The notes under the pieces are model-generated. The model ran no database searches, was not told the DNA's origin, and saw nothing but the letters and a program-made list of their open reading frames with translations. The position numbers were made by a program, and so were the translations under genes. A DNA stretch of 62,590 nt, filler included, from Chiloscyllium plagiosum (lineage: Eukaryota), in NCBI RefSeq assembly GCF_004010195.1. It is 6 parts of one record of this genome, joined end to end, with 100 filler letters (N's around TTAATTAATTAA, not from the genome) between each part and the next. Parts side by side here need not be neighbours in the genome. Positions count along the whole stretch, not along the records: positions 1 to 18,603 come from NC_057716.1; 5 more parts are not named here. One strand, given 5' to 3'. This document shows positions 1 to 11,155 of this stretch, in pieces (the first letter of the stretch is position 1; every line of letters begins with the position of its first letter).

Positions 1-238
1 TCTTCACCCAGTGAGTGGTGGCTGTGTGGAATGCTCTGCCCCAGAGGGCAGTGGAGGCCCACTCTCTGGATTCATTTAAGAAAGTGTTGGATAGAGCTCT
101 CAAAGATAGTGGAATCAAGGGTTATGGAGATAAGGCAGGAACAGGATACTGATTAGGAATGATCAGCCATGATTATATTGAATGGCGGTGCAGGCTCGAA
201 GGGCTGAATAGCCTACTCCTGCACCTATTGTCTATTGT
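1..238 (+). mobile_element. CR1 LINE 3' end
   Basis: Encodes FFTQxVVAVWNALPQRAVEA; near-identical to the reverse complement of the 3' end of the copy at 52486-53355; short (ctattgt) repeat tail. Confidence 0.9.
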
Positions 239-889
239 GCATACTGTTTTCCATCCAGTAACCAATCCACAATCATATTAATCTAATTACACTCAATGCT
301 GAGTTGTAATTCATGTCATACCCTTTTATGTACAAAATATAATACGTCCACTCTTTTTCCCCTTTATCAATCCTACTAGTGACATTGACAACGAATGATT
401 TGTCAATCTGTTTCTATTTCTTAAATTTAATCATGCTATGATTTTCTTTGTGCCCTGTTACCAAGCCTCAGATTCTTGCATTTTGCCTAATACTAAATGT
501 TAGGTTAACTGTCTTACAATTGCCCATTTTCTTTCTTTATGCTTTTTTTACAAAGTGTATTATCTTTGCAGCATCCCCTTTTGGTATCAATCAAAAAGTA
601 GGATTTGAACAGCAACAAAAATGTGCAAATTGATCATTACTGTTTTGTTTAAAGGAGAAATTGCTTCGGGGAGCAGCTCATTTAGAGCCCCTTCTTGATT
701 AAACAAGTCTAACTTGTATCTTGATTGTTTTAATTTTCCTGATACTAAATTTGACCACCCACCCTTTGCCATATGTGATTTCATCTCAGGAGCTGTTTTA
801 AAATGATGTAGAAGATTATAATAATTGAGTACTACAAAACCATAGATGAATATGTTAAATGATACAATTTTTTTTCCTATTGATACCAG

Positions 890-938
890 ATATGCAAAGG
901 ATGATATGAACATTAGAGATCAACCTTTTGGAATTCAG
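890..938 (+). CDS. CIR1: CIR1 internal coding exon (YAKDDMNIRDQPFGIQ)
   Basis: Polypyrimidine tract plus ccAG acceptor at 888-889 and GT donor at 939. The 49-bp exon matches the recalled vertebrate CIR1 peptide. It ends in phase 0, compatible with the next exon. Confidence 0.93.
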
Positions 939-1039
939 GTGTGTACGACTTGTTCTTGGCCATAAAAACAGTTTCCTACAGTTTCAATGATGCATCCAAT
1001 CTGATAATGTAATTCTGCTTACTAGGACTTTGATACGTC

Positions 1040-2100
1040 TTCTTTTTTGCATAGAGGATTTCCCCAGCACCATGTCCGCTCCATTTCCTGCCCTTATGCT
1101 GTCACCTCTTCCCACTCCTACCAGATCCACAATAGTGTCTCTTGTCTTCTACCTCACCAGTCCCTGTACTTAATGTTCACCTCCAGCAACATACCATCAA
1201 ATACATCTTCCACTTGTCTACTGAGGAATTTTGAAGAAACCATTCTCTCCCTGTTACCCCGATCCACTGTTAAAATATCCACACTGATCTAACATCTCTT
1301 CAGTGCCCAAAGCGTCAAATACTCCTTTGTAGGTGAAACAATGATTTAAGTCTAATTCTTTCAATTTACTATGCTGTGTTCACAGCTCACAACGTAGCCT
1401 GTTCTCTCTTACAGAGAACAAGCCCGAGCTGATAGATTACTTTGCCAAATATTTCTGTTCAGAATATAAGCAAACCTCAATCTTCTGGTGACGTGTCATT
1501 TTAACTTTCCACTTGTTCCCATCTTAGTATCTGCATTCTCAGCCTCCTGTAGTGTTCTACTGAAGCTCAGTATAGGCTTGAGGAGCAGTGTCTCGTCATT
1601 TTACTTGCCACTTTGCAGCCTTCTAGACTCAGCATTAAGTTTAACCATTTCAGACCATGATTTCTGCCTCCATTTTGTTTCATTTGCTCCACATGTTTTG
1701 GTTTTACTCCTGTTTTCGGGAGAAGTTATAAATATACGAAGTTTTTAAACTGTTAAAAAGTAGGTTGGTTTCGGATGGCAATTATGCATTCTGACAATCA
1801 TACCACCTCTAGACGCAATTTTTATTTTTATTTTTCCAATTCTTTTTGAGCTAGCCATTTCCTTTTGTAATTTGATTTCTGTGTTCCTTATGTCACAGAC
1901 CTTTTATTGTTCCTGTTCTATTTGCCCTACTTTTGACTTGTTTAAAACCATTTGCTTCTATCTTAGCCAAGTTTCAGTGAAAATTCATTAACCTGAAGCA
2001 GTACTGTTTGTCTCTCCAAATTCTTCCAGACCTGCTGAGTATTTCTAGCACTTTTGTTTTTATTTCAGGTGTCTGGCATCTGCAGTATTTTGCTCTTATT
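1040..2100 (+). mobile_element. Old, degenerate Penelope-like element with MER6-like 3' tail
   Basis: Decayed GIY-YIG-region sequence around 1330-1650 resembles the copies at 5815 and 43640; the tail ccagacctgctgagtatttctagcac...catctgcagtatttt resembles the younger PLE termini. Confidence 0.55.
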
Positions 2101-2260
2101 AAATTTGCCATCCCTCTTTGAGAGATTGTAGAACAATTGTTATGAGGGCTGCAAAAATTTGCATTTATTCACTAAATGTATTTTTCTGAGGTTAGATGAC
2201 TTACATTCTGATTCAAATACTGATATCTGTTATTAACAGTCCAGGTAGTGCATGATGAGA

Positions 2261-2906
2261 TAGACAAGCAGGAGGCTGGCAGAACACAGTAAGCCAAACA
2301 CCATCTGGAGGTGAAGTCAAGGTTTTGGGTGTATCTCTTCTTCAAGACAGGGATGCTAGAGATTGGAATAAAAACAGAAAGTGCTAGAGAAATTCAACAG
2401 GTCTGGCAGCATCTGTGGAGAGAGAAACAACGTTAACGTTAAAGCTGATATTGGACACGAAACGTTAATCTGGTTTTCTCTCCCCACAGATACTGCCAGA
2501 TGTACTGATTTTCTCTAGCACTTTCTGTTCTATGCTGCCAAGCAACAATATATCTGAACTAAAGATGAGCTATTTAATAATATCATTTGGCCCTTGAGTG
2601 CAACTGCCAAATGACCAAAGTTACTTTGCTAAACAAATTTGCACTTTACGACACAGCAAACTGGTACATCAACAGGTTGCACAGCAGATAATCTATGTCA
2701 CAAGATTGGTGTAAAGGGAGCTGCAGATAAAGGGGGCGTGGGGGAGGGCTCTGGGTGGGGAGAGGGGCAGGGTGGTGAGGCAAGCACAGATGCGCAAGGT
2801 AGAGGGTACGACCTGGTTGATCGATGGGAGGAATAAATCTGTGTTCTTCCAGCCTTCTGCTTGTCCACCTTGAATTCCAATATCTGCAGTTTTTGTTTTG
2901 TCTCTA
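2261..2906. mobile_element. Short PLE-derived insertion with inverted ends and 14-bp TSD, interrupted by an inverted local duplication
   Basis: Direct repeat agtgcatgatgaga at 2247-2260 and 2907-2920; ends gacaagcaggaggctggcagaacacag and ctgtgttcttccagccttctgcttgtc are mutually inverted. Confidence 0.7.
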
Positions 2907-3491
2907 AGTGCATGATGAGAGCAATTGAGAATAAAATTTCTGATTCTAAGCAAATGTCTGCCTCACTTCCACCAAATAAATGCAAAAATATCTCCTTTTA
3001 AAGGAAAGAAAATGATTGTAATGTAAATAAAGTTCAGTATTCTTTAAAAATAATTTTATATCAGAATTTAACAGTTGCACAGCACAGTTCAACCATTTTA
3101 ATTGCATTTTTACAAATATAAAGTACCAAGCTGCTTTTAATCTTGTGACATTGTCTGCTGTGCAACCTGTTGATGTACCAGTTTGCTGTGTCGTGAAGTG
3201 CAAGTTTGTTTAGCAAAGTAACTTTGGTCATTTGGCAGTTGCACTCAAGGGTCAAATGATGTTATTAAATAGATCATCTTTAGTTCAGATATATTGTTGC
3301 TTGGCAGCATAGAACAGAAAGTGCTAGAGAAAATCAGTACATCTGGCAGCATCTGTGGGGAGATAAAACCAAATTAACGTTTCGTGTCCAATGTCAGTTT
3401 TGATGTTAACTTTGTTTCTCTCTCCACAGATGCTGCCAGACCTGTTGAATTTCTCTAGCACTTTCTGTTTTTATTCCAATCTCTAGCATCC
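2351..3491. repeat. Long inverted repeat, arms about 2351-2707 and 3139-3491
   Basis: About 355-bp arms are highly similar reverse complements; the ORF track gives the same peptide start MHFTTQQTGTSTGCTADN on opposite strands. Confidence 0.95.
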
Positions 3492-3628
3492 ACAGTGTTT
3501 GCTTCACCAAATAGTTGTTTCATTTGGAAAAAGCACATTCAAATTGGGAAACTGTCTCGAGACGTGAAAATAAATACTTTGGCCAACTCCCTTACCTTTT
3601 TAAATAATGATGTGTTTCTACTATATAG

Positions 3629-3746
3629 GTACGGAATGTTAGATGTATTAAATGTCATAAGTGGGGCCATGTGAATACAGACCGTGAATGTCCACTATTT
3701 GGTCTTTCTGGAATTAATGCAAGCTCAGTTTCCACAGATGGTGCAG
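3629..3746 (+). CDS. CIR1: CIR1 internal exon with zinc-knuckle-like CxxCxxxGHxxxxxxC motif ([39 protein letters not shown])
   Basis: tatAG acceptor and GTacgt donor; 118 bp (39 codons + 1 nt); near-identical to recalled human CIR1. Confidence 0.95.
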
Positions 3747-4352
3747 GTACGTGAGATGCATCAAAGCTCATTTCATCCTTGTATCTCATCTTGCTTTATT
3801 TATCTTAGTCCCAAAAGCGATAACAGTTGGTAGTAGGATCACATAGATATGATCCAATCATCAAAGTACATAAGTATAGGGAGTCCCCGATTTGCAATAG
3901 ATTTCCCTTCTCTAGTATTTTCGTAAGTTGATTTTTATGCAAGTCAAAAGCCAATACACTACAGTCTAAAGTAGCCATTTGTATATATGAGCTAACATTA
4001 ACATGTTGGATCTTTAAAATTAATGGTAATGCACTGCTGTATTGGAATTCTATTGTAAGTACGAGCGTTTATGAATCGGACATTTGTAAATTCGGGACAG
4101 CCTATAATCTGAACAGTGGTACGTATGTTCCTATCACTTGTGTGGTTTGGATGTTACTTGCCACTTGTCAGCCCAAGCCTGAATATTGCCAGGTCTTGCT
4201 GCATTTGAACATGGACTGCTTCATTATCTGAGTAGTCATGAATGGTGCTGAATGTTGTGCAATCATCAGCAAACATTCACAGTTCTCAAATTATAATAAG
4301 GGAAGGTCATTAGAAAGCAGCTGAAGATGATTGGGCCAGCACATTACTAAGA

Positions 4353-4610
4353 GGCTCTTGGGATGCAGTGGTGGTGTCCCTACCAAAGGCCTGGGTTCAA
4401 GTCCTACCTACTTCAGAGGTGTGTATTGGTTTGATTAGAAAATATCTCTCCTAAGGAGAAAAGGGGCTCTTGCGGTGCATTGGTAGTGTCTGTACATCTG
4501 AGCCAAAAGGCATGGGTTCAGGCCTATAGGCGCTAAAGGTGTATAATAACATCCCTACACAGGTTGATTGGGGAAGAGCTAAGGGATTCATGCAGTGCAT
4601 TAGTAGTATG
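4353..4610 (+). mobile_element. Tandem short tRNA-derived SINE units (further units at about 8180-8260 and 8965-9082)
   Basis: Repeated ggctcttg..gtgcagtggtagtgtc (A-box-like) ... gggttcaagtcc (B-box-like) ... gaggtgtgt...ttgattag units. Confidence 0.6.
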
Positions 4611-5116
4611 AAAGGAAAAGGAAGTATATTATAAGGTTTGGGAAACTGAAATTAAACAAGATCCTTGAGTATAAAAGAAGCAGAAATTAACTCTAACTCA
4701 AATAAGACATTAGGAGGGTTAGAAGAGGCCGTGAAATGCCATGGCATGTAGAATTAAGGAGAATCCTAAGGAAAAGGAGGGAATTTATGTGTAGAGCCAG
4801 AGACAAAAGGTGAGACACACTTTAATGAATTATTTGCATCGGTATTCATGAAGTCAAAAGCATGGTAAGATTAGCAATGGGTAAATTACATGCTAGGATA
4901 TATCAATATTACGAAGGTGGTGGTATTGGGTGCCTTGAAAGACATCATTGTAGATAAGTCTGTAGGGTACTGAAGCAGGCAAAGGAGGAGATTAATGGGA
5001 CTTGACAGAGATCTTTGTATCCCCTTCAGCCGCAGGCCAAGGTCCCAAACACTAAAGAATAGCCAGTATTGTTCCTTTGTTTAAGAAGGGCAACAAGAAT
5101 CATCCAGGAAATTATT

Positions 5117-5432
5117 GGTGGCATGGTGGCTCAGTGGTTAGCACTGCTGCCTCACAGCACCAGGGTATTGGGTTCGATTCCCGCCTGTCTGTGTGGAGTT
5201 TGCACATTCTCCCCATGTCTGCGTGGGTTTCCTCCGGGTGCTCCGGTTTCCTCCCACAATCCAAAGATGTGCAGGCCATGTGAATTGGTTATGCTAAATT
5301 GCCTGTAGTATTAGGTGCATTAGTCAGGGGTAAATGTAGGGGAATGGGTCTGGGTGGGTTGCTCTTCGGAGGGTCGGTGTGGACTTGTTGGGCCGAAGGG
5401 CCTGTTTCCACACTGTAGGAAATCTAATCTAG
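5117..5432 (+). mobile_element. HE1-type tRNA-derived SINE (V-SINE), full length
   Basis: ggtggctcagtggttagcactgctgcctcacagc head with B-box ggttcgattcc, V-domain-like gtgtggagtttgcacattctcccc...ccggtttcctcccaca, and a CR1-like tail ending tctaatcta. Confidence 0.9.
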
Positions 5433-5814
5433 ACCGGTGATTATTACATCAGTGATAGAGAAATTATTGGAGAAAATTCTTAGGGACAGGATTTACTTGC
5501 GTTTGGAGAAGAATGGCCTTATTACAGATATCAGCATGACTTTATACAGGGGAGGTCTCTCAAATTTGGTAAAGTTTTTTTTGAGGAAGTGATGACTATG
5601 TTTAAGGATAGGGCAGTGGATGTTGTCTATCTGAACTGTACTAAAGCATTTGACAAGGTCCCTCATAGTCGACTGGTCCAGAAGATTAAGTCACATGGAA
5701 TCAATAATGAGTTGATAAGTTGGATATAAAATTAGCTTGGTCATAAAGACTGAGGGCTGTTGTGGAGGGGTATTTTTCTGGCTGGACATCTGAAATCAGT
5801 GGTGTTCTGCAAGG

Positions 5815-6213
5815 TGCAGCGATGTGGCTTCCTATACATTGGGGAGACAGGCCGCCTACTTGCAGAACGTTTCAGAGAACACCACTGGGACACCCGCACC
5901 AACCAATCCAACCGCCCCGTGGCTGAACACTTTAACTCCCCCTCCCACTCCGCCAAGGATATGCAGGTCCTTGGCCTCCTCCATCGCCAGACCATGGCAA
6001 CACGACGCCTGGAGGAAGAGCGCCTCATCTTCCGCCTAGGAACCCTCCAACCACAAGGGATGAATGCAGATTTCTCCAGCTTCCTCATTTCCCCTCCCTA
6101 TGCCCGAAACGTCGATTCTCCTGATCCTTTGATGCTGCCTGACCTGCTGCGCTTTTCCAGCAACACATTTTTCAGCTCTGATCTCCAGCATCTGCAGTCC
6201 TCACTTTTCCCTA
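5815..6213 (+). mobile_element. Penelope-like element 3' fragment: GIY-YIG endonuclease plus truncated terminal repeat
   Basis: CGFLYIGETGRLLAERFREH...VAEHFN...EERLIFRLGTLQPQGMN; 14-bp TSD ggtgttctgcaagg at 5801-5814 and 6214-6227. Confidence 0.92.
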
Positions 6214-7827
6214 GGTGTTCTGCAAGGGTCAGTACTGGAACCTCTGTTTGTAATATATATAATTTACTTGGATAAAAATGTAGGTGCTCTGATTATTAAG
6301 TTTGCTGACAACATGAAAGATGGTGGAGTGAGGAAGGTTATCAAAAAAACAGCACGAAATAGATTAGTTGGAAATTTGGATGGAAAAATGGCACATGGAG
6401 ATTAATCTGGAAAAGTGTAAGAGGAAATGGCAGGACCCTTGGAATCACTGGCATACAGATGGATCTTGGGTCCAAATCCATAGGTCCATAAAAGTGACAA
6501 AAGTGGATAAGGTGATTAAAGGAGGTATATGGCATTCTTGCCTTGATTGGTCATCACGTTGAGTATAAACGTTGACAAGTCATATTGCAGCCGTATAAGA
6601 CTTTAGTTGGGTTTCATCTGGAGTATTGTGTGCAATTCTGGTTGCCACACTATAGGAGGGATGAGATGGCCTTGGAGAGGGTGCAGTAGAGGTTTACCAG
6701 GATGTTGCTTGAATTGAAGTGTCCAGTCAGTTCTGCTATAATATTGTAGTTCTGTGCAATCCCATGAGATAAGAAAATCGCATAATAGCGGCGCCATTCA
6801 AACTATTTGGGCCAGAATCGCGTTACAACCAATATGTGCTTTAAAACTTTGTGCTTTAGAAACAGTATCACCAATTTGTTACTCGTGTTATAGTGAATCT
6901 GTGTTAATAAAATGCGTATTATAGCAGAACGACCTGTATTAGCAATGTGGAGAGGTTGGACAAACTTGGATTCTTTTTTCTAGAGCATCGGAGGCTGAGC
7001 GGTGACCTGATAGAAGTATATAAAATTAGGAGAGACATGGATAGTTGAAGTCTTTTTCCCCAGGGTGGAAATGTTGAATACGAAGGGTCAAAGAGTCATA
7101 CAGCATGAAAACAGACTCTTCCGTCCATCTCATCCGTGCCAACCAGACATCCCAATGTGATCTAGTCCCATTTGCCAGCATCTGGCCCATATCCCTCTCA
7201 ACCCTTTCTATTCATATACCCATCCAGATGTTTTTTAAACATTGTAATTGTCCCAGCCTCCACTACTTCCTCTGGCAGCTCATTCCATACATGCATCAGG
7301 TCATTTTTAAGTCTTTCTCCTTCACCTTAAATCCATGTTCTCTAGTTTTGGACCCCACCTCCCCAGCTATGAAAAAGACCGTGGTCATCCTATCTCTTTT
7401 ATAAATCTCTATAAGATAACCTCTCTGTCTCCAACGCTGCAGGGAAAAAGCACCAGCCTATTTAGTCTCTCCTTATAGTGCCAATTTTCCAGCCCAGACA
7501 ACATCCATGTAAATCTTCTCTGCACCCTCTCAAGTTTAACAACATCGTTCCTTTAGAGGTAAGGGGGGGAAAATTTATAGGAAACTTGAGGAATGTTTTT
7601 TTCACAGAGGCTGGAATCTGCTTCTGGAGGAGATGGTAGAAGCTGATATGTTAGCAAAGCGACGTTTAGACGGACACGCGAACAGGCAGAGAATAGCAAA
7701 ATATAGACCATGTGCAGGCACATGGGATTAGGTTAGAATGGCATCATGATTGGCACAGACATAATGGGCCAATGGGTCTGTTCCTGTGTTATACTATGTG
7801 CAAATATATGTATATTTACTGTGCTAT

Positions 7828-8165
7828 AGGGGAAGCAATGGCCTAGTGGTATCAGTGCTGACTATTATTCCAGAAACTCTGCTAATATTCTGGGGACCTG
7901 CGTTTGAATCTTGCCGCAGCAGATGGTGGAATTTGAATTCAAGGTAAAATATCTAGAAGCAGAAATCTACTGATGACCAGGCTATCATGTTGATTGTCAT
8001 GAAAACCCATCGAGCTCACTCATGTCTTTCAGAGGAGGAAGTCTGCCATCCTCACTTGGACTACATGTGACTCCAAACTCTCAGCAATGTAGTTACCTCT
8101 GTGAAATTAATGGACATCATCACTGGCCTAGCCAGTGACACCCCACAGCCTGTGAAAAAATGAAA
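7828..8165 (+). mobile_element. Second tRNA-derived SINE family (antisense relative at about 55830-56137)
   Basis: Head ggggaagcaatggcctagtggtat...ggggacctgcgtttgaatc...agatggtggaatttgaattc matches the reverse complement of 56030-56137. Confidence 0.7.
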
Positions 8166-8263
8166 ATAACAGGTCTATGTTCTTTGAACCAGAAGGCCTG
8201 GGTTCAAGTCCCACCTGTTCAAGAGGTGTGTCATAACAGATTGATTAAATTATCTGCCCTCAG

Positions 8264-8937
8264 GAATAGAATAGAATAGAAGAATACAGCGCAGTACAGG
8301 CCCTTTGGCCCTCGATGTTGCGCTGATCCAAGCCCACCTAACCTATACTAACCCACTATCCTCCATATACCTATCCAATGCCCGCTTAAATGCCCATAAA
8401 GAGGGAGAGTCCACCACTGCTACTGGCAGGGCATTCCATGAACGTACGACTCGCTGAGTGAAGAACCTACCCCAACTTCAGTCCTATATCTACCCCCCCC
8501 ACCTTAATTTATAGCTATGCCCTCTTGTAATACCCGACTCCATACGCGGGAAAAGGTCCACACTNNNNNNNNNNNNNNNNNNNNNNNNNNNNNNNNNNNN
8601 NNNNNNNNNNNNNNNNNNNNNNNNNNNNNNNNNNNNNNNNNNNNNNNNNNNNNNNNNNNNNNNNNNNNNNNNNNNTTTGGACTGTGGGAGGAAACCGGAG
8701 CACCCGGAGGAAACCCATGCAGACACGGGGAGAATGTGCAAACTCCACACAGTCAGTCGCCTGAGTCGGGAATTGAACCCGGGTCTCTGGCGCTGTGAGG
8801 CAGCAGTGCTAACCACTGTGCCACCGTGCCGCCCATTTACCTGGGTGGCAACTTTCAGAGATCTGTGTACATGGACACCAAGATCCCTCTGCTCATCCAC
8901 ACTACCAAGTATCCGACCATTAGCCCAGTACCCCATC
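8264..8937 (-). mobile_element. CR1 3' fragment with (tattc)n tail and nested HE1 SINE (8676-8833), split by an N gap (8565-8675)
   Basis: ORF 8490..8936 contains VDEQRDLGVHVHRSLKVATQV plus SINE-derived sequence; gaatagaatagaatagaa repeats at the left end. Confidence 0.85.
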
Positions 8938-10934
8938 TAATGGGGTACTAGGGTACTAGGAACTAGGGTCTAGCAGTACAGCTGTAATATCTCTACCTGT
9001 GAACCAAAAAGGATGGGTTCAAATTCTACCTGCTCCTCAGGTGTTTAATAACGTGAATGAACGTGTTATTAAAAATATCTATCCCGAAGAGCTGCTGCAC
9101 TGATGCCCTGAAACTGAGATGGTTAACCTCTAAATAGTTACCACCATTTTCCATTGTGCTCGGTATGACTGCAATTGCGGGGAGGTTTCCCCTGATTCCC
9201 ATTCACTTCAGTTTTGCTAATTCTCCTTGATACTACTCTGCCACATTCTGCAATGAATCCTGCAGATAGTAATGCTTAGTAAAGGCATTAATGTTGATCC
9301 AAATAAATCTGTTAGACGAAAACCTAATATTGATTTTTAACCTTGTTCACCCCAGACCAACACTGGCACCTCCACGTCATGCAGATCACTGAAAGTAATA
9401 TTTCTGCTATGCTAGTTAACACCAACAATACAGTCCTTGCAACACCACACTCAAGCCCACAGCTGAATAACTCTGTGTAATGTTTGTTTGGCTCTGCCAG
9501 GATGTGGACCTTCCAATTGCATTGTCTATTTAACAGATTGATTGCTCGTCGACTTCTGATTGTTTGAAGCTTTCGTAAGTTTGAAGCTCTCCATAGTTGC
9601 CTGAGTTGCAAATGTCCATAGGGTGGAGTGGGCAGCTCCTGAAGTATTGTGCATTCCTTGATACCATACTTCCATGTGCCTTTGCCTGTTATTGACCAAT
9701 ATACCAGTGGATGCAACATGATGATGGAAGGCTGTTGAATTTTATTGGAGGAAACTGTGGGTGATCTTGGAGGGCAACCTTCAGCAGCGCTGAGCCTAGA
9801 AGGACCAGCTTCAAACTTCATTGACTCCACCTCAGTAGCAATCATCTGAGCTGGCTGAATTGCAACAGCAAGGTGGAGTGCCAACATTGGGAGCTCTAAT
9901 TCTGTCATTTTGAGAGAGGACAGCTTGCTTGTGCTCTATTGAACCATTGTTCCTCTGAGGCAATGCCTCAGCAATCCAACTAGTATGCTTGAGGACAGAT
10001 TGTTAGGCTTCTTTACACCCTGCTGGCTTGATTTTAAGCTGGCTTATGTAACTATAATGACAGCAGTCTTGGTTTTGTATGGCATAAAGCTGACCTTGCA
10101 TGACAGCAGTCTATTTCCACTGTCAGATTCAGACAGAAGCTGCCCATACTGCATTGAAACCTGAGACATCAGAGTTAGACACTACCCTATGATTGTGTCC
10201 ACAGTGTGCAAATGCTGCCAACTTCTTGCTGCAAGGAATGTGTTCAAAGCTGTGCAGAACTCTCTGCAGTATTAGTGCTGGACTCTTAACTGTCAAGAAG
10301 CATGAAGTGCAGGCTTAATGACAGCCTTCCTAAGGCACCAAGCATTTTGTATAAATTTCAGTCTTTGGTTGCCAGCAATATTGAAGCTCTCATTTGATTC
10401 CTCTGCAGCTAAACTCATCTGTGACCTTTTCCTCCAGTGAGCAGGCACGTGTGATTTTCTTGACCCCTCTCCTGTGTGCAGCATACTCATTCTTAGTGTC
10501 TGAGTATAAGGAAGTACTGTCATCATCAATGGTTTTGGCACATTGTCCACATGTTTAGCAATGGAAGTTACAATAGGGATCAGCACCATCTTCGCTGCAG
10601 GGAGGAGTAGAACAAGTAGCAATGTCTCCCCCTTTTACTTTATTCCCGCTACCTTAGTTGTGTACCACCTCATCCCACACAAGAGCGTGAAGTAAGTTTG
10701 TGTGATGCAGTGTGTTTGAATAAAAATGTCATGGTCGAATAGCTGCCAGTATATGTGCCTCTTGAGATATGATGCTTGTAGCAATGCTCAGTGTGTGAGG
10801 TTAAGGTGGACCATATGGTGTAAGGTACAAATCCTGATAAATTATTGCTAACTCAATAACGATGATTTGAATTGAGAAAGAACAAATGCTTGTGATTCAG
10901 CTGGAAGGATTTGACGTTTAAAGGTGCATTCACT

Positions 10935-11155
10935 GGCCTTGACCATTCATTTCGGGTCATTGAACTAACAGCATGACATTCGGGTCTTTGGGGCTTTGCT
11001 GCTGGCCTTGACCTCCACAGCTATCTGCTTCCACTCCCTCTGACTATGTTTCCGAACCCTATGAAATCAGGGCACCTCACCTCCTTTCCCCCTCCTCAAC
11101 TAAAATTCCTAGTGCAGTATCCAAAAACCTTAGTGTTTGTTCTTGTTCACATGCT
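10935..11155 (-). pseudogene. Decayed Myb/SANT-like ORF, probably from a Harbinger-type DNA transposon
   Basis: Manual minus-strand translation gives LRFLDTALGILVEEGERR*GAL then REWKQIAVEVKASSKAPKTRMSCC*FNDPK*MVK, fitting the RF..L..LV / W..IA..V / QC.KKFNDL pattern, with several stops. Confidence 0.5.

Larger units (their letters stand above)
4611..7800 (+). mobile_element. Degenerate CR1 LINE (RT region to 3' end) with nested SINE, PLE and antisense CR1 (about 7092-7555)
   Basis: Decayed motifs VPLFKKG..NPGNY, KAFDKVPH, KFAD, HLEYCVQFW in the expected order. Confidence 0.85.

Noticed and set aside
5117..5185. tRNA gene
   Set aside because: The A/B boxes belong to a SINE head that continues into the SINE core and CR1-like tail, and it recurs several times in the window.
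6098..6120. Hammerhead motif at the end of the PLE at 5815-6213
   Set aside because: Only the 3' half (tatgcccgaaacgtc) remains; the CUGANGA box is deleted.
5760..6275. 171-aa stand-alone GIY-YIG nuclease gene
   Set aside because: The ORF is chimeric: CR1 flanks plus a 5'-truncated Penelope fragment bounded by a TSD, with no ATG start or splice structure.
9324..9908. 194-aa minus-strand ORF as a host gene
   Set aside because: No recognisable domain; its 3' end runs into a PLE family-2 terminus fragment; more likely transposon debris.
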